Below are positions 1 to 12,850 of a stretch of 64,000 nucleotides of DNA, in pieces. Both the position numbers and the translations under genes were made by a program. Within the stretch, counting starts at the first letter, position 1, and each line of letters begins with the position of its first letter. The notes under the pieces were generated by a model that was given only the letters and a program-made list of their open reading frames with translations, did not search any database and was not told where the DNA came from. Location of the stretch: NCBI RefSeq assembly GCF_009914755.1, contig NC_060938.1. One strand, written 5' to 3'. This DNA comes from the human T2T-CHM13v2.0 reference genome, Homo sapiens.

Positions 1-260
1 TTATATTAAAGTAAATCTATCTTTGAACTATTTTTCTGTTGTATTAATCCACCTGTTTATCTATATTGCCTTGATCAATCTAGCTTCATAATAAGTCTTG
101 AACTTATATAAATGTGTATAAATCCTTCAACTTTGTTCTTTTTAAAGATGACTTTGAATATTCCGTATTAGTTTTGCAATAGGTTGCCAGTTTTTACCCA
201 AAAAAATCATTAAAATAAAACACAAAAATCAACTGAGATTTTTGAACTTTATTTGATTAA
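1..260 (-). mobile_element. Old L1 (L1M/L1ME-type) ORF2 3' fragment
   Basis: Resembles antisense L1 ORF2 (tagcttcataataagtcttgaa...ccttcaactttgttcttt); highly diverged. Confidence 0.6.
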
Positions 261-267
261 TGGATTT

Positions 268-640
268 AAAAGATTACCCTGGATTCTATGTAGGAAATGG
301 AATCAAGGAAAGCAAGAATAAAATGGGAAGCCCAGTTTGGAGATGATCACAGTGACTGTGAAAACAGTGACGGGCTTCAGGGAAGGCTTTATGGGGAGGG
401 CAAACAGAACTTGCCAATGCATTGGATATAAGGGGCAATAAGGGGAAAAAAGGAAACACAAAAAACTGCTAGGCTTTTTTTCTGCACCCAGTTTGCCACT
501 GGCATTTAATGAGTTGAATTTAATGAGTTTTAGAGAATGGTTTAGAGAACTTATGAATGTAATTCAAATGTGATGTCACAGACAGAAATGTAAATTTTGG
601 AATCATCTTACCTATAAATGAAACATGCATGAATTGGATA
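268..640 (-). mobile_element. L2 LINE fragment
   Basis: Resembles antisense L2 (agattaccctgg...gcattggatataagggg...ctaggcttttt); diverged. Confidence 0.55.
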
Positions 641-2149
641 TGATTATATAAAATCTTCATGGTACTACATTGTTAAATTATTAGGAAAAATGCTACATGC
701 TCTTTGGGGGAATGCTAAGAGGCTAAATGAATAAATCTGCAAAGTAACCTCTGAGTTGAGTTTAAGCACACTGCTCTGTAATTATGACTCTTTTCTTCAA
801 TCATCTTATTCTGTGAACCTATTTAATCAGTCTGGGTGTATAATAAGCCAAGATGTCATGTAAGCCTTGTGAATACATTTACTAAGGTTAGAAATCAGCT
901 TTAAATGTGTCTAAAATCTGAGGTGCTAATGGATGGGGTGTGTAGCAAATTCCTAAATTAAAAAGAATTATGTTGAGGATGTAAAGTTGACCTCAGCGGA
1001 TATGAAACCACCAGGGCCCAAATTACAGAATCTCATATACATGTTTGTCTGTCTGTCTGTGTGAATAACAGTTGGAAGTTGTAGTTGCTCTGTGATTCCA
1101 AAAAACAGCATGCTAAAAAAATGTTAACTTGAATGATTTACCTAGAAGTAAGCTATTATAGCAAAAGACTGATGATAGAAATGCAAAGTCATTAAAGATA
1201 TTCTTTTCTAAAATCTTCAAAAGGAGAAAAAGACTTAACCCTGTGACCCTTTCCAAAAAGCTGAGTCTATATGAGTGTCATTAGATAAAGGCAGGGAAAA
1301 TTATATTATTCATTAGAGATAAATTATATGAGCCTGTCTACATACACTGTTCAAATTCCTACTTAAACATATCATTTTTTAAATAGTCCAATTAATAAGC
1401 CTTTCTTGAATACCTTCCTATTATCTGGGCTTCTAACAATTAGAAGGCTGATTATAAACATCTTTATGATCCTGTTACCTGTATATCACATAAATGCCAT
1501 AAGTCATAGGAACAGCCTAGGAGCAAGAACATTTCCGATAAATATTACTCTAGTTGAGGTCTTTTTTTCTGGTTCATTGGGCTAAGTTGTGAGGGAAGGA
1601 AGGAAGTTTAATAGGGCTATGTTCTCTTAGACATTTATAAAGGCCAAAAATAAATCCACAAATAATTATACTTTGGAGAGCTATAAAGAAACACTCTGAT
1701 GCCTAATAAGGTCTGCAGTTATAGAAGTGTCACTGTAATACCATTTTCTGTTGGTAGAATTACTCAGTAACAAGACCTTTCCATAGAGAAGTTTCTGATA
1801 AAATACAAGTGGCTTCCCTCATCTGTGAGTGATATCTCTGAGGACAGTTTAGCAACCTATGGAAATTTTCATGGAGCTGGGGAGATAGAAGAAATTATTT
1901 TTTACTTTGAAAATCCACTAAGAATTTAATTTACAGAGATTTTATCATTTTAACTCAGTCTGTTTAAAAAATAATGTTTATTTTGTTTCTATAGCACACA
2001 CTAACTTGTGTAGCATGCTGTGGCTCTTGGAAGCAAAGTGACAAAGATAGTGCCTGTCTTCAGGGAGGCTACCCCTTATGTAGGGAGTCTGCCAAGATAA
2101 CAAAGGCATTTCTCTAACTTTTGAACGTATGGCTGACTCTGATGAAAGT

Positions 2150-2636
2150 CTACTCAATAACCAATCTCTCCTACTTCTTTTTTAAAATAATCACGATTTT
2201 ATCTTGGTAGTAATGTGCCCTGTTGAAATATTCACCTTCTCAAATGACCTACAAACGGAAAATACCCACTTGGCCCAGTTCTAGCCATTGGGGTATAAAC
2301 AAAAGCGTCTCCTATGAATATTCAAAAATGTCATTGTTTCAATGATGAAAAGGATAGATTCAGTTGGCAGCAGCTTTTTGCCATTTGCTCTTTATCTTCT
2401 TTCTGCCTAAAATGTGGATGCAACACCTGAAAATGGAAAAATCATCCCATGACTAGGAGAACAAAAGCCACACACCATGAAGCCAGATGAAAAGATGAGA
2501 AAATCTGTTGCACTAATACCATCAAGCAGCCACATCCCAGCTCAGGTCTACCTATCTTTGGACTTCCTATTATGTGACGAAATGTAACTGTCCATTTGTT
2601 AAGCTTTAGACAGCTGCATTCAATCCTATCTGAGAA
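2150..2636 (+). mobile_element. Old ERVL/MaLR-type solo LTR (LTR33/LTR16-like)
   Basis: Characteristic blocks ccagttctagccattg, ttctgcctaaaatgtggatg, aaaagccacaca, ctacctatctttggacttcctattatgtga, ending gcattcaatcctatctga. Confidence 0.6.
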
Positions 2637-2689
2637 ATTTGTTCTTAAAATTAATACATGAGTGTTGGCTTTAATTCTAATAAATTATT

Positions 2690-2885
2690 CTACCATTTAT
2701 TGGCATTCTACTCTGAGCACTCATCTTATTTATTATTTCACACAACAACCCTATTGGGGTGAATGATGTTATCCACTTTTCCAGGTAAGAAGTTTCAGAC
2801 TTACAGAGCTTGTGTCTTTCCTGGGACCACGTAGGTAGTTCATGGTAGGGATGGTATTTGTATCTTCTGTTTCACTATACCAGCT
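2690..2885 (-). mobile_element. MIR SINE
   Basis: taccatttattg...cacaacaaccctat...ttatccactttccaggtaagaa resembles the antisense MIR core. Confidence 0.6.
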
Positions 2886-4289
2886 TATCAAATTAATATT
2901 AATAATATTAGTAGTTTTCTTAATATCTATTACCTAATTTTATTTTCTGTTAAAAATAACCTTTTTACTTCTGGGTGTCTTACAATTCTATAAGGTATTT
3001 TAGCTACAATCTCTTACTTGAAGTTCACAGTTCTATAAAGGGAATACGCTATTGTTGTTATTCTTATTTTACAGTTGTGGAAGTTGAGTTTAGAAGCTGG
3101 GTTTCCTGAGAAAGGGAAGGAGGGAGAATGTGCTTGGGTTATTTAACCCTGAAATTAATGTTCTAATAGACCTAGTTCCACATTAAACTTATTTTCTCTC
3201 TTTCCCTGGTAAAGCTGTCTGATTGGGCATGAAAAAAAATGTTTTGGAAACTGGGTCAATGCTTTGAGTATCTAATAATGTGTTGCTTCTCTTTGTGACT
3301 TCTATGGAATGCCGAATAGGAGATTAAAGATAGCTGTTCCCAGAAGGCTTGGAGATCCTCCCAACCCTGAACCTCTACACTGTTGAAATGTTGGGAAGCT
3401 CATCAGTGTAGATCCAACTACTAAGTGCTGTGGCACTACTAAACCATTTAGCAACTACTAAATGCTTTGATTAGAGTAATGCAGCCAGAGTACTGACGGC
3501 TGCCACAGTGCCAAGAAAACGTACAAATGAAGGTGGTGGATGACACCTGAACAGGCTGTTTCAGTTATGCCTCACATCTTTCAGGGTGAGCCTGAGATCT
3601 GCTGGTGGTCCGTCTCACTTTTTCCATTTTGCCAACCGTGTTTGGTGGATTTGGAAAATGAAATATTTATGCACCACGTAAGGCCTGCCAGTCTGATTAC
3701 CACTGAACACCCTACGGAGGCATATTGTTGAATAAACAGGAAAGCTTTTATCCTGCCAACCTGCTGGGCGCCTTTCTCCAAGGCTGAGTCAACACAGAGC
3801 AATGGTTCTATGATATATTTGAAAGCGTGGAGGATGGGACTAATCTTTACCAGATTTATTAGGCAAAGGATGGCTTTCGGGTCTTCCGATTTTATGCATA
3901 TATAATGCTGCATTACTCAAATTCAAGTATTATTGGTATATAGATTTTATTTAAAATCATGAATTAAATAAATTATATAAAGTAAAGATTTTGGGTTGCT
4001 ATAAATGTACAGAGAGAGCTGAATTTTATGTAGTCTTTGAATAATTTAAAGGTGAGCACAAATTTAAATTAAGACATCCGGTTCATATGGAGTAAGGGCA
4101 CGCATTGGTCATGGCTTTCAGATTCATTTTTTACTTTTTAAGAAACATATATTTTCTGTTGTTTCTCCATGGGCATCAAAAGCATCTGGAGTCAGTTACA
4201 TTTATTTATGTTCTATTCCAACTAAAATGGCTTAGCTGAAAGTATTTCAAAATTTATTTAAGGAAAAAGAAAACTGACTTTAGACTTAC

Positions 4290-4330
4290 ATGCCAGGTTT
4301 TAGCCCAAAGCAAAGTGCTGCGGCCGATTT
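4290..4330 (-). other. Candidate 41-nt internal exon of an unknown transcript
   Basis: Minus strand reads tttttccattttatttag|AAATCGGCCGCAGCACTTTGCTTTGGGCTAAAACCTGGCAT|gtaagtc: pyrimidine tract plus AG, and a consensus GTAAGT donor, in non-repetitive DNA. No transcript evidence available. Confidence 0.3.
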
Positions 4331-4979
4331 CTAAATAAAATGGAAAAACTGACAGACTATTCTGGCAGTGATATAAGGATAACAGGTAAATACAACAGTT
4401 TGAGCTAATAATAGGTAACATTTTCCAGGTTTTGCTATTAACAGTCTCTTACAACAAACAAGCTTTATAAAGTTTCTCTGAGAAAAGTTTGCTTATAAGA
4501 TAAAAAGCCAAAATTCAGCCAATTTTCCATTACAATAAAATGGGATTTGTTTTTTGGTTTTTTTTATATTGTTTGTTTATTTTTGAAAGTTTCCCAGTAT
4601 TAAAATATATACATTTAGACTTTATCCATTTACTAATAAGAGGCAATATAGATCTCAATAAAATGGAAGTGTTTAACGAGATATTATTAAATTTCCTTTT
4701 AATGTGACTCAGGTGTTTATGAGATCTTTTAAAAATTAGCATTTTTTTAAAACAAATTATTCCTTATCTTATTGGTTTTCCATACTACTTCACCTTATAA
4801 TATTCATGAGTGTTTGCATTTAATTTAAATTCTGAACATGCTGACATTGAAGTTTATATTTATTTTGAAATATCTTCACATTATAATGCATTTGTTGCTT
4901 TGGTCTGGTTGGTTTGGTTTGGTTGTTGTTATTAATGTTCCTTGATGAAAAAAAATTAAAACCAGCCAGGAGTTTGAAT

Positions 4980-5175
4980 GCATGAGTTTGGAAGAGGAGA
5001 GCCAATGTTTTGATCCCATTTCTGACACACCTGAGCTTTCTGTGGGTACTCTTCTAATTTTTTAAATGGGAGCTAAAATAGTAGCTAAACCAAAGGATAC
5101 ATTTAGAAATTAAGATAGATAAATGGATTAGCACAACTCCTGGCTCACGATAAGTATTCTATAACACTTGGCTTT
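4980..5175 (+). mobile_element. MIR SINE
   Basis: tttaaatgggagctaaaatagta...ttagcacaactcctggctcacgataagtattctataa resembles the MIR core and 3' end. Confidence 0.55.
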
Positions 5176-5518
5176 AATCATTAAGTGTGTGATCTTTTTG
5201 TTGAAATAGTATATAGCATAATTTCCCCTCGTGAAACACTAGTTATCTAACCACTATGAATCGATGTGTCCATTTCCATCATTTGGCTGTGCTGCTGCAG
5301 TCGTTATGAATTTCCATCCATTTAGGTTCTGTTCCTAGACTCCTTTTTCTATTAATTGCCTGCTCTCTTCAGACGTAGGCACAGGCCTGAAGAAAGTCAG
5401 CAATTAAACAGAGACACTGTATTATCATGGTTTTATAAGGTGCTTTGCAAGTAATTGTCCAAGTCTTCTCAACTTGTTTGTTTCTTTGTTTGCTTGTTTG
5501 TTTTAAAGAGCATACTGG

Positions 5519-5849
5519 GGCCGGGCGCGGTGGCTCACATCCATAATCCTAGCACTTTGGGAGGCCGAGGTGGGCAGTTCACTTGAGGTCAGGAGATCGA
5601 AACCAGCCTGGCTGACAAGGTGAAACCCCATCTTTACTAAAAATACAACAAGAACAACAAATTAGCTGAGCATGGTGGTAGGCGCCTGTAATCTCAGCCG
5701 CTCGGGAGGCTGAGGCAGGTGAATCGCTTGAATACGGGAGGCGGAGGTTGCAGGGAGCCAAGATTGTGCCACTGCACTCCAGCCTGGGTGATAGAGTGAG
5801 ACTCCATCTCAAAATAATAATAATAATAACAATAATAATAATAATAAAT
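5519..5849 (+). mobile_element. AluS, full length, (AAT)n tail
   Basis: Dimeric Alu; TSD aaagagcatactgg (5505-5518) / aaagagtatattgg (5850-5863). Appears to interrupt an old antisense L1ME (about 5410-6170). Confidence 0.95.
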
Positions 5850-6669
5850 AAAGAGTATATTGGTTCTTAATGGCCCGTTTCCTCTTCCAAATACATGGTG
5901 GAATTTCCTCGTGTGAAGTTCTGTGAAGATCTCTGTTGGAATTTGTATTGAAATTTTAGAGTCTTAAATCAGTTTGGAAGCATTAACATCTTTTGAATTT
6001 TGATTCTCTCTTTCCCAAAAGCACAATTTTTTTCTGTTTGTTAAATATATTTTTGCATATACATATACATATTCTTGTATTGCTTTCGGCAATACTTTTG
6101 CATATTTTTCATGAGCCATTTTCTGCGTGTTAGATTTATTCTATCCATTTATTTTGCTAAAATTTTTGGAGGAATTTGAAAAATAATATTTTATTAAAAT
6201 ACAAGTGAATAGTATTAATGTAGATAAGAATCAAGAATTTTTTAATTAAATGGATATGTAACAAGAATCATAATTCCCCTTAAGTGTTTAATATTCAGAT
6301 ACTACTATAAGAAAACTTTTTAAAACTTACTGTAAGGTAGATGGCTACGTATTTTTTTAAAATACAAATACTTCAAAGTATATAATTTTAATTATTTTAG
6401 TGCTCTGTTTTACTCTCAGTTTGGATGTCCTAGTTTGGATAATATATTGTACAGTTACCTTGGTTATAGACCATTATCATAGAAACAAATCAGCGGTGCT
6501 TTCTGATTTTTGTATTTGGTGTGTCAGACTTCCAGGAGATTGAACTCACAGACTGAAACTCACAGATTGAAGCAGTGACTACACTAAGGAGCAAGTTGAA
6601 CATTCCTTGTTCTTCAGCCATAATACTCAGAAATCTAGTTCTCTTTTTTTTCCTTTACCATTTCCTTGA

Positions 6670-8357
6670 AATTAACAAATAAAAATTGTATATATTTATA
6701 ATGTACAACATATTGTTTTGAAATATGTATGCAATGCAGACTAGCTAAATCAAGCTAATTAACATATGTATTACCTCACATACTTTTTGTAGGGAGAACA
6801 CTTAGACTTTTCTTTCTTAGCACTATTTAAGGATACAATGCATTGTTATTAACTATAGTTACCACATTGTACAATAGATTTCTTGAAATTATTACTCCTA
6901 TTTAAAATTTTGTTTCTTTTGATCAACATCTGCGCAACCCTCTCATTCCACCAGTCCTTGGTAACCTCCATTCTAGTTTCTACTTTTAGGAGTTCAAATT
7001 TTTTAGATTCCACTTATTAGTGAAATTATACAGTATTGGTCCTTCTGTCTCTGGCTTATTTTACTTAACATAATATCCTTCAGGTTTATCCATGTTGTTG
7101 CAAATGACAGGATTTCCTGCTTTTTTAAGGCTGACTAGTATTTCATTTTTTATAGATCTATAAGTATATATATACACACATACATACACATATGTATACA
7201 CATACATACATATATACACATATATGTTTGTATAAACATATATATTCTGATGGATACTTAGATTGATTCTATATTTTGGCAATTGTGAATAATGCTGTGA
7301 CGAGCATCAGAGTGTGGCTATCTCTTTAACATACATATTTTATTTCCTTTGGTTATACACCCAGTAGTGGAATTTTTGGATCATATGGTACAGGTTGAGA
7401 ATGTTTATATAAACATATATGTATGTGTATATATGTGTGTATGTATGTGCTATATATATATACTATATATATATACTATATAGATACTATATATATATAG
7501 CACATACATACACACATATGGTAAAGGAAAAAAATAAGAATTAGGTTTCTGAGTATTATGACTGAAGAACCAGGAATGTTCAACTTGCTCCTTAGTGTAG
7601 TCACTGCTTCAATCTGTGAGTTTCTCCTGGAAGTCTGACACACCAAATGCACACACATACATATAGATGGATAGATGGTACACACACCCATATATAATTA
7701 TATATATATTTATATTATATATAATTATATAATATATTTATATATAATATATAAATATATTACATATATTTATATATAATATATAAATATATTACATATA
7801 TTTATATATAATATATAAATATATTACATATATTTATATATAATATATAAATATATTACATATATTTATATATAATATATAAATATATTACATATATTTA
7901 TATATAATATATAAATATATTACATATATTTATATATAATATATAAATATATTACATATATTTATATATAATATATAAATATATTACATATATTTATATA
8001 TAATATATAAATATATTACATATATTATATAATATATATTATATATTTATATAATATATAATATATATTATATATTTATATAATATATAATATATATTAT
8101 ATATATAATATATATATAATATATATTATATATTATATATTATATATATATATAAATATATATATTTTGTTAAAAATATTTGTTACCCCACATTTCCTTT
8201 ATCCTTTCACTTTCTGATGGATACTTAGATTGATTCTATATTTTGGCAATTGTGAATAATGCTGTGACGAGCATCAGAGTGCAGCTATCTCTTTAACATA
8301 CATATTTTATTTCCTTTGGTTATACACCCAGTAGTGGAATTTTTGGATCATATGGTA
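6670..8357 (-). mobile_element. L1MA-family 3' end, interrupted by a complex insertion (about 7150-8185) and ended by Tigger4
   Basis: Antisense L1MA 3'UTR (aaattgtatatattt...ccatgttgttgcaaatgacaggatttcc); resumes at about 8186 with ccacatttcctttatcc...ggatcatatggta. Confidence 0.85.
7734..8026. repeat. AT-rich 32-bp minisatellite, about 9 copies
   Basis: Unit tatataatatataaatatattacatatattta; nine 'tattaca' landmarks at 32-bp spacing; flanked by degenerate (TA)n. Confidence 0.95.
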
Positions 8358-8665
8358 CAGGTTGAGAATCCCTTATTTGAAATTCTTGCGACCAGAAGTA
8401 TTGTGGACTTCAGATTTTTTTGGATTTTGAAATATTTGTTCATATATAATGAGATATCTTGAGGATAGGACACAAGTCTAGACACTAAATTCATGTCCTG
8501 TATATATATACCCTGTATGCATAGCCTAAAGATGATTTTGTATGTATAAACAATATTTGTGTATGTTAAACCATTAGAAAGCAAAGATGTCACTATCTTA
8601 GCCACTCATATGGACAATCTGTAGTTGTAAGTCATCACCATCTTTCCTGACTCCGAATTTACATT

Positions 8666-8910
8666 CAGTTTAACCTTAAATAATAAGGATTGAATTTCAT
8701 ATGTCCACTTATACTCAGATTTTTTTCAACCACAGGCAGATTGAAAATAGTGTATTTGAGGGATGTGAAAATCATGTCTTCGGAGGATGAGAACCAACTT
8801 CTTGTATTTGTAGGATCTGCTGGACCAGCTGCAGGACTTCCATTTGTGTGAATTTTTATATACATGAAGGATCTTGAAACTAGTTTCTTGGGTACACCAA
8901 GGGATGACTG
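8666..8910 (+). mobile_element. MER8 (Tigger2-derived MITE) nested in Tigger4
   Basis: cagtttaaccttaaa...gtccacttatactcagatttttttcaacc...gggatgactg, about 245 bp, matches the MER8 layout. Confidence 0.8.
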
Positions 8911-9013
8911 CACTACCAATGAGCAATCCTTTTCTTACACTTATTTACATGTAAATATTTAACAGTAAAATATATAGAATAACATTAATACAGTTAAAAA
9001 ACAATGTGTTGAT

Positions 9014-9634
<621 letters not shown>

Positions 9635-10113
9635 GTGTTCAGGGTAACTAAGCAGCACAGTAGCATCACTAGAAACCCTTTGTCCATTTTTAAACAACAG
9701 CATGAACAAACAACTATTAATATATATTTCAGCCTCCACCTATGATGCTGCATTTTGATTAAAAAGTAACTGTACACTGTATTTTATTGTTAATGTAAGA
9801 AGAAATATCAGAAGCAGTGGAAGGACCAAGAAGTAGGTCCTCTAGGATTAAGGAGATATTCTAATGGACGACTTTTAAAAATGTTTCTTTCAGAGACATC
9901 CGCCTCATTAACAACACTTCTTGTCTTGGAGGTCTCTTTGATGTTATAAACTCAGATGGTTTGTTGTTTTCTTATGAATGCATACTGTGCTAGTTCTTCA
10001 ATAAGCTCACAGCACATTTTCACCATGTAGTCTAGGTGCAATTGTTCTGCCCTGTTAATGTCACCTGTCTAGGCACTTTATGATCACCTTGTTTCAGAAC
10101 CATTTTGGCTGTT

Positions 10114-10469
10114 TGATATGGTCTGGCTCTGTGTCCACACTCAAATCTCACCTTGAATTGTAATCTAAATTGTAATCCTCATGTGTTAAGGGAGAGACCT
10201 CATGGGAGGTGATTCAATCGTGGGGGCCGTTCTCATATTAGTGAGTGAGGATCTGATAATTTTATAAGGGGCTCTTCTCCCTTCACTTTGCATTTCTCTC
10301 TGCTGCCGCCTTGTGAAGAAGGACATGTTTGCTTCCCCTTCTGCCATGACTGTAAATTTCCTGAGGCTTCCCCAGCCATGTGGAACTGTGAGTCAATTAA
10401 ACCTCTTTCCTTTATATATTACCCAGTCTCAGCTATTTCTTTCTAGCAGTATGAAAACAGACTAATACA
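10114..10469 (+). mobile_element. THE1 (C/D-like) MaLR solo LTR
   Basis: tgatatggtctggctctgtgtcc...gactaataca with a perfect 5-bp TSD ctgtt (10109-10113 / 10470-10474). Confidence 0.92.
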
Positions 10470-10939
10470 CTGTTTCACCATTGGTCAATGAATGAACAAT
10501 GGGAGCCTCATTATTAATGTTAATGCCACTTTTGATAACCACTTCTTCTAGCTTACTGACAGGTTCTGAAGTTAGATTTTTTTTTTTTTTTTTTTGCATG
10601 TGTAAGGAGATTAGACATCATTATTTTTCTCACTTGACACACAGATTTTTTCAAAGTCACACCTCGTTCATCATCATTACAGAACATAGTCGCAGGCCAG
10701 AGGTTGTGCCAGGCACATACAATTGTGTCTTTAGGTATTGTGTTCCAAGTGTTGGCAACAGCATATTCACACTGAAATTCTTTTGAAAATCTTTCATACT
10801 TGCGCTTCTGTTCAATGCTGCTAGTGTGCTGTTCCAGAAAGTGTTTTTATATTTAGTCTTCATTGGTCTAATGATACCCTGGTAGCATGGCTGAATTAAT
10901 AAAGTTAAATTTAGAGGACAGTACATGGCATAAATATAA

Positions 10940-11167
10940 TTTTTTTAATAACTTCAACTTTTATTTTGGATTAAGGGGTACATGTGAAGGTTTGTTACAC
11001 AGGTATATTGTGTAATGCTGAGGTTTGGGGTACAAATGATCCCATCACCCAAGTATTGAGCATAGTACCCAATAGGTAGATTTTCAGCCCACACTTCCCT
11101 TCCTCACTCCCATGTCTGGTAGTCCCCACTGTCTTGTTTCCATCTTTATGTCTATGTGTATTCAATG
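10940..11167 (-). mobile_element. 5'-truncated L1 3' end (L1PA15/16- or L1PB-like) nested in Tigger4
   Basis: ggggtacatgtgaaggtttgttacacagg...gagcatagtacccaatagg; degenerate TSD ataaatataattttt / ataaacattattttt. Confidence 0.85.
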
Positions 11168-11590
11168 ATAAACATTATTTTTGGGAGGATTTCAGCTGGA
11201 AGATGAGCAGAACAGTTGTCAAGGAGTAATAAAATCTTGCAGTCATCATCCAGTCCTCCTTCCCTGCAGAGAGCATGAGCCACTAGTGCAAAACGTTTGT
11301 GAAATCAATCGTAAAAGATGTTTGTAATGATGCATGTCTTTTTGTTAGCATAACAATGGACTGATACAAAATTCCTTCTTTGAAAACAATGAAGATACAA
11401 GATTTTGCCTATCACAGTGATTTTACACTTATGTGTGCCTACTGCATTAGCACATCTCAACACAGTGATTCTGTCCTTTGCATCCTAATTCTTGTAGGGA
11501 CTGTCTCTTCACCTGTAGTCAGTGTCCTTCTGGAAGAATAACAACAAAATAGTGACTTTTCACTGGCATTATTTACTTGTTTTGGCATCA

Positions 11591-11944
11591 TGATACGGCT
11601 TGGCTCTGTGTCTCCACCCAAATTTCATCTTGAATTGTACTCCCATAATTCCCACGTGTTGTGGGATGGACCTGGTGGGAGATAATTTGAATCTTGGAGG
11701 CGGTTTACCACATTCTGTTCTCATGGTAGGGAATGAGTCTCACAAAATCTGATGGTTTTATCAGGATTTTCTTCTTTTGCATCTTGCTCATTTTCTCTTG
11801 CCACTGACATGTGCCTTTCACCTCCTGCCATGATTCTGAGACCTCCCCAGCCATGTGGAACTGTAAATCCAATTAAACCTCTTTCTTTTGTAAATGACCC
11901 AGTCTTGGGTATGTCTTTATCAGCAACGTGAAAATGGGCTAATG
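11591..11944 (+). mobile_element. THE1A/B MaLR LTR with its last few bases missing
   Basis: tgatacggcttggctctgtgtc...cttttgcatcttgctcattttctcttgcc...gggtatgtctttatcagca...gctaat; no terminal ACA and no matching TSD. Confidence 0.9.
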
Positions 11945-12183
11945 TTTAATAAACTCTTCTATTAATTTCCAGTAAATTTATGTGAAGATACTTTCTGGTT
12001 TTGTGTAGACAGTAATAATACCCCCTGCAATGCTTAGTATGTTGAATAAAATACTTAATAGGCATGAATAGTGAACACATGTTTCTTATTTCCGATTCTA
12101 AAGAAAAAGTCTATTATTTCACCACTATGTGTGATGTTTGGCTTTTGGTAGATACCCTCAATCTGTTTAAAAACATTCTCCAG

Positions 12184-12590
<407 letters not shown>

Positions 12591-12659
12591 TTAAATCACT
12601 TAACTTGTCCAATTATATTCATAAACTTTTCTAAAGTTAATTTACATTCATTTCTGGAA

Positions 12660-12850
12660 TTAATTCATTCAACATACAGTTATTGACAACCTAGTATGTA
12701 AGTCCTGTTTAGGTATGGGAGCTAGGCTGTAAACACGACAGATATGTTTTAACAGAACTCACAATATAACTTTAGGGAAAGACTAGAAATAATTATTTTA
12801 AATTGAATAAATATTGTGTAACAGAGTAATAAGTACAATGGAGAAAAACC
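12660..12850 (-). mobile_element. L2 3' end
   Basis: ttcattcaacatacagttattgacaacctagtatgt... resembles the antisense L2 tail. Confidence 0.6.

Noticed and set aside
3581-3913. 110-aa minus-strand ORF in unique DNA
   Set aside because: No recognisable domain, promoter or gene structure; the length is within chance expectation for 64 kb.
7734-8026. CRISPR-like array of 32-bp palindromic repeats
   Set aside because: No unique spacers and no cas genes, in a eukaryotic context; it is a minisatellite.
10657-10926. Possible domesticated TIGD/JRK-like transposase gene
   Set aside because: Short frameshifted fragment with the catalytic D of the DQG motif changed to Y, and interrupted by several insertions; a dead Tigger4.
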